Source of the DNA: a virus
Direction: 5' to 3' (one strand)
Length of the DNA: 32,000 nt
Virus record (IMG/VR): IMGVR_UViG_3300042453_005804
Location: 1 to 32,000 of that record
In this document: positions 6,764 to 12,724 of the stretch, one piece after another
How the letters are laid out: each line of letters starts with the position of its first letter
Numbering within the stretch: position 1 is the stretch's first letter
Notes under the pieces: model-generated
What the model was told of the DNA's origin: nothing
The model's input: only the letters and a program-made list of their open reading frames with translations
Database searches by the model: none
Position numbers and translations under genes: made by a program

Positions 6764-6767
6764 CAAA

Positions 6768-6986
6768 CTATGTAAAAATCTTGATGCTGCCAGCGTTCCA
6801 TTCGTCATCAATCCAATCGACCTGATACAGGTTCAGGACGGATTGAACGATGGACTTCATCTTCGTAGAGTTTCCCGTGATGACGTGAAGGGTCCACCCT
6901 TCTACCCAATGATCATTGATGAACCTGTGGACCATTTCAGAGGCATCCTCATGAGACACCCCATGCAGGTCTAAGGTATCTTCCAA
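6768..6986 (-). CDS. Smr (small MutS-related) domain protein
   Basis: TLDLHG...HVITGNS matches the Smr DLHG / (H/T)GxG signature over the whole 72-aa ORF; TTG start. Confidence 0.6.
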   Translation of the reverse strand: MEDTLDLHGVSHEDASEMVHRFINDHWVEGWTLHVITGNSTKMKSIVQSVLNLYQVDWIDDEWNAGSIKIFT

Positions 6987-6994
6987 CCGCTTGG

Positions 6995-7216
6995 TTAGAT
7001 TCCTTCTTTGACGCTGTCTGCGGCGTCGCGTAGCCCCTCCGCGAGTTCGATGGCGTCGGCCACCAGGTCGTTCAGAGCCAGATGATCGTGGTCAGGTTCT
7101 CCTTTGTGCGTGATGTCAAGGGCTTCGATCTTGTCTAGGATGGCCTCTGCATCATTGAGGATTGCAACGAAAGCCTGGAGCAGCGCTGCTTTTTCTTGGT
7201 TGTAGAATGTCGTCAT
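6995..7216 (-). CDS. acidic helical hypothetical protein, 73 aa
   Basis: Track ORF; ATGA overlap with 7213..7473. Confidence 0.6.
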   Translation of the reverse strand: MTTFYNQEKAALLQAFVAILNDAEAILDKIEALDITHKGEPDHDHLALNDLVADAIELAEGLRDAADSVKEGI

Positions 7217-7473
7217 GTCATGTCTCCTTGTGTAGATATCTCTACGAATCTTCCTTGTTCATCGTTCACCTCGAGCAAGATAGGTCGATCAAAAGCCCGT
7301 CTCATGTCGCTCAGTCCTATGACAAGAGCCTTTGTTGTTGGGGCGAGGAGAGTAGACAGTTGAGTGGCCCTGGATGTAGGTCTACATTCCTCATCATAGT
7401 AGACCTCATAGATACCATCGTAGGTGGCACCTGATGGAAGGATCTGCCTCACGATGCGTTGGTCTGACTTCAT
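7213..7473 (-). CDS. hypothetical protein, 86 aa, paralogue of 8426..8680
   Basis: Shares (Y)R(I/V)VR(Q/K)IL...YGI(Y/H)EVYYD(E/D)...PTS with 8426..8680. Confidence 0.6.
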   Translation of the reverse strand: MKSDQRIVRQILPSGATYDGIYEVYYDEECRPTSRATQLSTLLAPTTKALVIGLSDMRRAFDRPILLEVNDEQGRFVEISTQGDMT

Positions 7474-7556
7474 TTCAACTCCATCGCGAAGACCACCAGC
7501 ACGATGCCGATGGTGAGAACAGCCAGAACTTTGTCGCCAAATGTCATCTCATCCAT
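7470..7556 (-). CDS. 28-aa TM micro-protein
   Basis: In-frame ATG of track ORF 7470..7736, 2 nt after the stop of 7559..7837. Reads MDEMTFGDKVLAVLTIGIVLVVFAMELK. ATGA overlap with the next gene. Confidence 0.4.
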   Translation of the reverse strand: MDEMTFGDKVLAVLTIGIVLVVFAMELK

Positions 7557-7558
7557 GA

Positions 7559-7837
7559 TCAGTTCTTCTTGAATTTCGCCTCCACATGTTCCTGACATGC
7601 CTTGCACCCGCAGACCCGAGAACCCGTGTAGAACGTCTTCCCCCCGAGAGGATAGATCGACCCATGGATCTCTTCGCCGTTCTTCCTCCGCAACCCAGTC
7701 CAACACCCGAACACGTCCTCCTCTGCCAGGATCCAAACTCCTTCGAACATGATCTCAAGTAGAGGCCCAGCTGCGATGTCATCCGTCGGATGTTCTACGA
7801 TGGGATCAATCGGAATCGACTCAAGAACCTCGGTCAT
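7559..7837 (-). CDS. hypothetical protein, 92 aa (C-terminal CGCKAC cluster)
   Basis: Track ORF; ATG at +36 of 9-mer 7864-7872. Confidence 0.65.
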   Translation of the reverse strand: MTEVLESIPIDPIVEHPTDDIAAGPLLEIMFEGVWILAEEDVFGCWTGLRRKNGEEIHGSIYPLGGKTFYTGSRVCGCKACQEHVEAKFKKN

Positions 7838-7872
7838 GGTCTTAATATATCACTTTCCTTGAGACTTTACAC
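7838..7872 (-). promoter_or_regulatory. GTGTAAAGT-variant promoter, leaderless
   Basis: rc: GTGTAAAGT-N14-TATATT-AAGACC-ATG. Confidence 0.6.
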
Positions 7873-7879
7873 TACCTGA

Positions 7880-7958
7880 GGATGACCCAGGAGAGGTTAC
7901 GAAAAGCCACCCCTTGGTAACCTTCCATGATTTGCTAAAAACCTCTCCTGGGTCATCC
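7880..7958. repeat. Intergenic hairpin repeat, copy 3 (orientation B, core inverted)
   Basis: 17-bp perfect arms GGATGACCCAGGAGAGG (7880-7896) / CCTCTCCTGGGTCATCC (7942-7958). The core carries GGTAACC, the rc of the GGTTACC in copies 1 and 2. Confidence 0.85.
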
Positions 7959-7969
7959 GGGTGTCAGGA

Positions 7970-8269
7970 TCAAGCCGCTAGTTCGACCCGTCCCTTCAGG
8001 ATCACCAGCTTCGTTCCCCCGCCGTCTTGTACCCTGGCAATGACTTCATTGGCCCAGAGCTGAGGGTGAGACGGGTCGAGGATGGGATCCACAGATACGA
8101 CCTTGTGAAACTCACCGCCTGGAATTTTGACGACCTGTCCAGGCACCACTTGATTTGCAGGAACCATCTTTGCTTCCGGTATTTGAATCTCGATTATCGA
8201 GGCTTGCTTATCTTGTGCCTCTTGCTTCTTCTTTCGTGCCATTGCCGCAATGTATCTCTGCTGCACCAA
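7970..8269 (-). CDS. hypothetical protein, up to 99 aa
   Basis: Track ORF. Start is uncertain (TTG 8269, GTG 8266 or ATG 8242) and none has a clear SD. Confidence 0.5.
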   Translation of the reverse strand: MVQQRYIAAMARKKKQEAQDKQASIIEIQIPEAKMVPANQVVPGQVVKIPGGEFHKVVSVDPILDPSHPQLWANEVIARVQDGGGTKLVILKGRVELAA

Positions 8270-8286
8270 TGGTAAACCCGTTGGGT

Positions 8287-8421
8287 CTACTTGTACCAGT
8301 CCTCCTTGTGGCGGGCGTCCTTCGGGCGCCGGTTACGACGATCTTTCATACGGGTTGTCGTCGTGGCGTGTCGAAGAGTCATGGCCACGGCGATAGGGTT
8401 TTGCTTCCTCTTGTTCTTCAT
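8287..8421 (-). CDS. 44-aa highly basic micro-protein
   Basis: Not in ORF track. ATG at +37 of 9-mer 8449-8457. Reads MKNKRKQNPIAVAMTLRHATTTTRMKDRRNRRPKDARHKEDWYK, stop rc of 8287-8289. Confidence 0.5.
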   Translation of the reverse strand: MKNKRKQNPIAVAMTLRHATTTTRMKDRRNRRPKDARHKEDWYK

Positions 8422-8457
8422 GGTTCTACTCTACCACGTTCGACTCTGACTTTACAC
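8422..8457 (-). promoter_or_regulatory. GTGTAAAGT-variant promoter, leaderless
   Basis: rc: GTGTAAAGT-N15-TAGAGT-AGAACC-ATG. Confidence 0.6.
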
Positions 8458-8680
8458 CGATCGAATCGTAATCAAGAACCGGCTTCTCCAAGGCCGAGGC
8501 GTAATGCCGCGCGTCTTGGGCCAACTCGTCCTCGGACTCACCATAAGGGGTGACAGGGTTGACGGTACATGAAGTCGGTATGTGATCGTCATCGTAGTAG
8601 ACCTCATGGATTCCGTACTGAGTTGTGGTGTATCCTTCACCAGAGAGGATCTTGCGGACAACTCGGTAATTCCAGCTCAT
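8426..8680 (-). CDS. hypothetical protein, 84 aa, paralogue of 7213..7473
   Basis: Track ORF; ATGA overlap with 8677..8868; shared YRVVRKIL / EVYYDD / PTS motifs. Confidence 0.6.
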   Translation of the reverse strand: MSWNYRVVRKILSGEGYTTTQYGIHEVYYDDDHIPTSCTVNPVTPYGESEDELAQDARHYASALEKPVLDYDSIGVKSESNVVE

Positions 8681-8868
8681 CCCCCGAAGTCACCTCCTGC
8701 TAGCCATGAGTCGATGTCCCGCCGTGCGGTCTTTTCGAATTGCTTTGGCCCACACGACATGCAGATGAAGTATGTCGTCGAGTCGTCCTGCACGTAACGT
8801 GTCCCGGGGCCATGTCGTCCGCAATCGTCGCAGGTGTCCGTGCTGATGTTGCTGTTCTCGTTGCTCAT
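8677..8868 (-). CDS. small zinc-ribbon protein, 63 aa
   Basis: CDDC...CMSC pairs. Track ORF (TTG at 8889) trimmed to ATG 8868, which is preceded by a purine-rich GAAAGAAAAAGAA. Confidence 0.55.
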   Translation of the reverse strand: MSNENSNISTDTCDDCGRHGPGTRYVQDDSTTYFICMSCGPKQFEKTARRDIDSWLAGGDFGG

Positions 8869-8914
8869 TTCTTTTTCTTTCAAGGTCAAGAGGTTGTGGT
8901 TAGTGGCCAGCGTT

Positions 8915-8950
8915 GAAATCAGTATATCACGATGGGTCTAAGGTTTGCAC
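8915..8950 (-). promoter_or_regulatory. GTGCAAACC-variant promoter with about 45-nt leader
   Basis: rc: GTGCAAACC-N15-TATACT-GATTTC-AAC. No ATG at +37; the gene starts downstream. Confidence 0.5.
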
Positions 8951-8959
8951 CGCGTGGTG

Positions 8960-9802
8960 TTAAGATTTTGACAAGATTTCCAGTTCGATGAGAGCCTCCT
9001 TTGCCTTCATCGGCAACGACAACGTATTGGGGAAACCATCGGAATCTCGAGTATTGATGCGAATGAGTGGAGCATTGAGCTTGTTTGACAACAAAGAACT
9101 CTTCGCCCGCACACTGGGGATGTGTTTGCCTGCGCCCAACTCGATGACAACGGTTGCGACATGACGATCTACCAAGGTCCGGACCCACTCCGTCATCTTC
9201 TCGTCTTGCTCATCGGCACGAGAGAAATTCCATCCTGGATCACCAAACATCAGGATGTTCGGCCTCAAGAGCTCTCCGCAGCGCGGGCAGGCGGGTAGCG
9301 GGCTCTGGGCCTCAAACGTCTTGGAATCCACATCGATCTTAACACGTTCTGCAGGCAGAATGCCGATGCCACATCCCTTTGTGCACTGGACGTGATGGAT
9401 GGATCCATGGCATTCCACGATACGATCAGGGTCGAAACCAGCCTTCTGGAAGGCACCATCCACGTTAGACGTGAAGACGAAGGCACCATGCTTCATGCCT
9501 CGAGCAAGACGCTTAAGAACGTCGAAGCCTGCGTGAGGTTGGGTCGCTCGGTACAGGTTGAGCCGGTGACCATAGAATCCCCATGCCAACGCCGGGTTAT
9601 CCTCAAACCACCTCGGGTTGGCCATGTCGGAGAAGGTGAGACCAAGGTGCTTGTACGCCGGATAGGCGTTCCAGAAACCTTCATCTCCTCGGAAATCGGG
9701 CAGACCGCTATCCACCCCCATTCCTGCTCCAGCCGTGATGATGAGTGCGTCAGCTACTCGCAATAGCTGGGCTGCCCGTTGAAGCGTCTCTTGCGTGTCC
9801 AT
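8960..9802 (-). CDS. Sir2-family NAD-dependent protein deacylase (sirtuin)
   Basis: GAGMGVDSGLPDFRG, FTSNVDG, ECHGS, zinc Cys pairs CTKGC/CPRC, RPNILMFGD. ATG at +37 of 9-mer 9830-9838. Confidence 0.85.
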   Translation of the reverse strand: MDTQETLQRAAQLLRVADALIITAGAGMGVDSGLPDFRGDEGFWNAYPAYKHLGLTFSDMANPRWFEDNPALAWGFYGHRLNLYRATQPHAGFDVLKRLARGMKHGAFVFTSNVDGAFQKAGFDPDRIVECHGSIHHVQCTKGCGIGILPAERVKIDVDSKTFEAQSPLPACPRCGELLRPNILMFGDPGWNFSRADEQDEKMTEWVRTLVDRHVATVVIELGAGKHIPSVRAKSSLLSNKLNAPLIRINTRDSDGFPNTLSLPMKAKEALIELEILSKS

Positions 9803-9838
9803 GGTTCTACCTTACCTTGTTTGAGGTTAACTTTGCAC
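9803..9838 (-). promoter_or_regulatory. GTGCAAAGT-type promoter, leaderless
   Basis: rc: GTGCAAAGT-N15-TAAGGT-AGAACC-ATG. The 9-mer overlaps the last 3 nt of tRNA-Arg. Confidence 0.65.
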
Positions 9839-9909
9839 CGCTGACAGGAGTCGAACCTGTGGCCTGATCGTTAGGAATGATCTGCTCTATCCGTCTGAGC
9901 TACAGCGGC
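9836..9909 (-). tRNA. tRNA-Arg(CCU)
   Basis: Hand-folded cloverleaf. Acceptor GCCGCTG/CAGCGGT (G1-U72 wobble), D arm GCTC/GAGC, anticodon loop TTCCTAA, T arm ACAGG-TTCGACT-CCTGT. No encoded CCA. Confidence 0.8.
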
Positions 9910-9916
9910 ATGGCCA

Positions 9917-10528
9917 TCAGGCCTTCTTACGCTTTGCTTTCTTCTTGGCCTTCATCTCTGCCTTGGCCTTACGTTCCGCAACCACGATCTCCTTCGGTCG
10001 GTTCTTGGTCCCCGGCGGACGCCCCCGCTTCTTCTTGATCGGTTGACCATTCTCATCCAGTTGGACAGGCTCTACCGGCTTCTCCTGGCCAAGGGGCACC
10101 ACCTTACGGGGCCGACCACGCTTACGACCTTGAATCTGCAGACCACCCTTGGCCGGCGGGACCTTGAACCGGTAGCCAACCTTGGGCGCGGTGAGGTAGT
10201 TCGACATGGCATGGCACTTGCCTGCGTCATCCCAGAGCATCAGGTTACCGGTGACTCCGTCGATGGTCTCCACTGTGTACACCTTCGTGTCGAGCCACTG
10301 CTTCCCAGGAAGAACAGAGGCCACACGCTCGATGATGACTCGCTCGCCGGGAGGGATCGTGAACACGGGCACGCCGTCCTCGTCCAACTCGATGGCATCC
10401 TCGAGGAGGTCAATGATGGGCTTCTGCGCGAGGCGGGCCTTCTCTTTCGCCTCGTTCGCAAGGATCGAGGAGATCGACTCAAACTCGGGTTCCTCGAACG
10501 GGGGCGGCAGGATGGTGTCGTCGTTCAT
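9917..10528 (-). CDS. AT-hook DNA-binding protein, 203 aa
   Basis: Two RGRP AT-hook cores (GRKRGRPRK, KKRGRPPGTKN) and a Lys-rich tail; ATG at +37 of 9-mer 10556-10564. Confidence 0.7.
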   Translation of the reverse strand: MNDDTILPPPFEEPEFESISSILANEAKEKARLAQKPIIDLLEDAIELDEDGVPVFTIPPGERVIIERVASVLPGKQWLDTKVYTVETIDGVTGNLMLWDDAGKCHAMSNYLTAPKVGYRFKVPPAKGGLQIQGRKRGRPRKVVPLGQEKPVEPVQLDENGQPIKKKRGRPPGTKNRPKEIVVAERKAKAEMKAKKKAKRKKA

Positions 10529-10564
10529 GGTTAGATCCTATCACGTCAAGCTGGAACTTTGCAC
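10529..10564 (-). promoter_or_regulatory. GTGCAAAGT-type promoter, leaderless
   Basis: rc: GTGCAAAGT-N15-TAGGAT-CTAACC-ATG. Confidence 0.65.
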
Positions 10565-10573
10565 TGCCACGAG

Positions 10574-10663
10574 CTATTTGTTGTCCAGGGTGGCTACAAC
10601 CCCCAAGGGGAAGAGCACAGCCATCACGAAGCAGCAGATGATCTTCAAGACCAAGGTAGCCAT
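10574..10663 (-). CDS. 29-aa TM micro-protein
   Basis: Not in ORF track. TAATG stop/start overlap with 10663..10881. Reads MATLVLKIICCFVMAVLFPLGVVATLDNK. Confidence 0.4.
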   Translation of the reverse strand: MATLVLKIICCFVMAVLFPLGVVATLDNK

Positions 10664-10881
10664 TAAGCCACACTCATCCGTTCGGGAGACGCCAAGTGGT
10701 ACCTTTCGCCTCTCTTCTCGACCCGGGCGATCAGTGCGTCGAGGTCTTGGCGAAGGCCCATGTCAGTTGACTCGCCACGAAGTTTGTACAAAGCCAACAT
10801 CACCATCTCATCCACCCCAGCGGGATCTGTCAACGTTCCTTTGACGTAGAACAGCAATGCTTCTTTGAGTCGAGAGTTCAT
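10663..10881 (-). CDS. hypothetical protein, 72 aa
   Basis: Track ORF; GAGGA 6 nt upstream of the ATG. Confidence 0.6.
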   Translation of the reverse strand: MNSRLKEALLFYVKGTLTDPAGVDEMVMLALYKLRGESTDMGLRQDLDALIARVEKRGERYHLASPERMSVA

Positions 10882-10890
10882 GGCTTATCC

Positions 10891-11169
10891 TCAATCTTGT
10901 TTAGGATCCGACCAAAGACAAAAGGCAACCCCGAAGGCCGTGCCACCTGCGAGAGTCAACATGAATGTGGCGGTGTTCCAGCCGAGGAAGAAGCCGAAGA
11001 AGAGCCACCCGAGGATGGCAGGTCCTAGCGACATGATGGGCAACATGAAAAGCCAGTAGCCTACCCGAAAGAGCCGCGGGAAGGCCAGCGCGAAGACCAT
11101 GAGGATGAGGTAGAGAGTTCCGGTCCCCATCAGGGCCGAGACGCCCCACCCGATGAACAGATTGATCAT
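10891..11169 (-). CDS. integral membrane protein, 92 aa (3 predicted TM helices)
   Basis: Track ORF, strongly hydrophobic; ATG at +37 of 9-mer 11197-11205. Confidence 0.7.
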   Translation of the reverse strand: MINLFIGWGVSALMGTGTLYLILMVFALAFPRLFRVGYWLFMLPIMSLGPAILGWLFFGFFLGWNTATFMLTLAGGTAFGVAFCLWSDPKQD

Positions 11170-11205
11170 GGTTCTATCCTACCTTTTCTAGGTTGAACTT
11201 TGCAC
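11170..11205 (-). promoter_or_regulatory. GTGCAAAGT-type promoter, leaderless
   Basis: rc: GTGCAAAGT-N15-TAGGAT-AGAACC-ATG. Confidence 0.65.
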
Positions 11206-11412
11206 AGAGAAGTAGTTGTGCGCGTTCCGCGTGATCCACTCCACGGCCGGCCACATCTTGGAATCGTCGTAGAAGGCATCGAGCTGAACCGCGAGGAGGT
11301 CTCGGTAGAGATGCGGGTGGAGAGTGGACACAACGTTCATGAAAGCTTGCCCTCGGCGCTGGCCTTGACCGTGAGGTTCCAAAGCCAACTGGAGGAACTC
11401 TTCTAGATCCAT
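11188..11412 (-). CDS. hypothetical protein, 74 aa
   Basis: Track ORF; ATG at +37 of 9-mer 11440-11448; 3' end overlaps the next promoter. Confidence 0.6.
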   Translation of the reverse strand: MDLEEFLQLALEPHGQGQRRGQAFMNVVSTLHPHLYRDLLAVQLDAFYDDSKMWPAVEWITRNAHNYFSVQSST

Positions 11413-11448
11413 AGTTCAACCCTATCAGGTTCGAGGCTAACTTTGCAC
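11413..11448 (-). promoter_or_regulatory. GTGCAAAGT-type promoter, leaderless
   Basis: rc: GTGCAAAGT-N15-TAGGGT-TGAACT-ATG. Confidence 0.65.
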
Positions 11449-11697
11449 TCAGGCCGAGAGATAGACGACCCAGGACTTGCCCTTGGCCTCGTAGGCGAGG
11501 ATGCCGTCATCCACCTCGACCGCCTCCTCATTGGCCTGGATGGTCCGGAGGATCTTGGCCACCATCTTCGGGTCGGCCCGGTCGATCTCGATGCCTGCGG
11601 CATGGCCGTAGTACTTGCCCTTGCAGCCGCACATGCAGCCGATCTTGCCGACGTACGCCTTGACCACCTGCGAGGGAGAGATGCTCTGGATGTCCAT
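11449..11697 (-). CDS. hypothetical protein, 82 aa
   Basis: Track ORF 11449..11733 trimmed by the 12 promoter codons (MQSSTRKGYTKA); ATG 11697 at +37. Confidence 0.65.
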   Translation of the reverse strand: MDIQSISPSQVVKAYVGKIGCMCGCKGKYYGHAAGIEIDRADPKMVAKILRTIQANEEAVEVDDGILAYEAKGKSWVVYLSA

Positions 11698-11733
11698 GGC
11701 CTTAGTATACCCTTTCCTCGTTGAACTTTGCAC
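11698..11733 (-). promoter_or_regulatory. GTGCAAAGT-type promoter, leaderless
   Basis: rc: GTGCAAAGT-N15-TATACT-AAGGCC-ATG. Confidence 0.65.
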
Positions 11734-11748
11734 TATCCCCGCAGATTT

Positions 11749-12048
11749 TCAGGCGGCCTTGCGCGCCTTCCGGACCGGCTTGGCCTTGGGTTCGATGACC
11801 GCCCGGCGGATTGGGGTGAGGAACCGGAGCCCGACACCGCCGACGTCGACCGGCGGGACGACCTCGAGGATCTGGACGTCTGCCGTCGGGCCCTTGGGGA
11901 AGCGGTGCGCGATCGAACGTGCCTCGTCGATCGACCCCGTTACGGCGAGGATCTGCGCAGGGGAGAAGCGGGGAGCTCCGCTACGGTCGACCTCGAGGAG
12001 GTGGACGATTTGGACGACGAAGGAGCTTGCTGCCTTGTTGTGTTCCAT
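11749..12048 (-). CDS. hypothetical protein, 99 aa, basic C-terminus
   Basis: Track ORF 11749..12285 trimmed to ATG 12048 (MEHNKAAS), at +37 of 9-mer 12076-12084. The longer ORF would run through the promoter and repeat copy 4. Confidence 0.65.
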   Translation of the reverse strand: MEHNKAASSFVVQIVHLLEVDRSGAPRFSPAQILAVTGSIDEARSIAHRFPKGPTADVQILEVVPPVDVGGVGLRFLTPIRRAVIEPKAKPVRKARKAA

Positions 12049-12084
12049 GGGTCCAATATACCAAACTCGGTAGCGACTTTGCAC
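12049..12084 (-). promoter_or_regulatory. GTGCAAAGT-type promoter, leaderless (outermost minus-strand promoter)
   Basis: rc: GTGCAAAGT-N15-TATATT-GGACCC-ATG. Confidence 0.65.
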
Positions 12085-12110
12085 AGCCCCCAAACAATTT
12101 GTAAAAGAGC

Positions 12111-12191
12111 CAGGATGCCCTTGGAGAGGCCTCACCTTGAGCCAAGGGGTAACCTCATTCGACTCGAGAAAAGCCTTCCAAGGGCATCCTG
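12111..12191. repeat. Intergenic hairpin repeat, copy 4 (orientation B, covarying arms)
   Basis: Arms CAGGATGCCCTTGGAGAGG (12111-12129) / CCTTCCAAGGGCATCCTG (12174-12191): 15 bp, 1-nt bulge, 3 bp. Both arms are changed in concert relative to copies 1-3. rc core TCGAATGAGGTTACCCC resembles the copy 1 core. Confidence 0.8.
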
Positions 12192-12286
12192 AGCCTACGG
12201 CGGCCGTGCCCCTTATTTGCCCCGGCGGTTGAGCAAAAGTACCGCTCTTGTTGAAAGTTACTTTCACAGAAAAAAGTGAGAGCAAA

Positions 12287-12322
12287 GTGCAAAGTACGGC
12301 CGCCGCATGTTATATTGGAACC
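12287..12322 (+). promoter_or_regulatory. GTGCAAAGT-type promoter (first plus-strand promoter)
   Basis: GTGCAAAGT-N15-TATATT-GGAACC-ATG, preceded by a partial duplicate GCAAAGT. Confidence 0.6.
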
Positions 12323-12349
12323 ATGGAAAGGAACGGAGCGGCAAGGTAA
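12323..12349 (+). other. leaderless 8-codon mini-ORF (MERNGAAR)
   Basis: ATG exactly at +37 of 9-mer 12287-12295; TAA at 12347-12349; the next promoter begins 30 nt later. Confidence 0.3.
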
Positions 12350-12378
12350 AGAGAGAGAAAAAAAAAGTTCTCGCAAAA

Positions 12379-12414
12379 GTGCAAAGTTCACAGAGGAAAG
12401 GGTAATATAAGACC
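12379..12414 (+). promoter_or_regulatory. GTGCAAAGT-type promoter, leaderless
   Basis: GTGCAAAGT-N15-TAATAT-AAGACC-ATG. Confidence 0.65.
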
Positions 12415-12621
12415 ATGAACAACGCCACCAAGACCAAGGGCACCTTCGTTCACCCCCAGCTCCCCAAGATGGGCACCATGACGGGCTACGTCACCACCTC
12501 CCGCGGTGAGCTCGTCTTCATGCCCGACGCGAAGTACCACGACAAGCTCTTCAACCTGTACGACGTCGAAGCTCTCGAGGGGCTCTACGTCAACCAAGGC
12601 ACCTTCACCCCTGCTCAGTGA
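12415..12621 (+). CDS. hypothetical protein, 68 aa
   Basis: Track ORF; ATG at +37; followed by a GC-rich multi-hairpin tract at 12622-12669. Confidence 0.65.
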   Translation: MNNATKTKGTFVHPQLPKMGTMTGYVTTSRGELVFMPDAKYHDKLFNLYDVEALEGLYVNQGTFTPAQ

Positions 12622-12688
12622 GCCCCCTCGGGGCGGGCGCCCTCGGCCCGCCCCCCGCTCACCGCGGGGCAAAAAAACGCTCCACTCA

Positions 12689-12724
12689 GTGCAAAGTTCT
12701 CTGCAGAAAAGGTAGGATAAGGAC
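12689..12724 (+). promoter_or_regulatory. GTGCAAAGT-type promoter, leaderless
   Basis: GTGCAAAGT-N15-TAGGAT-AAGGAC-ATG. Confidence 0.65.

Noticed and set aside
492-12191. The four hairpin repeats considered as a CRISPR array
   Set aside because: The copies are 3.5-4.2 kb apart with genes between them, not separated by 25-40-nt spacers. No cas genes are present. No CRISPR array exists in this window.
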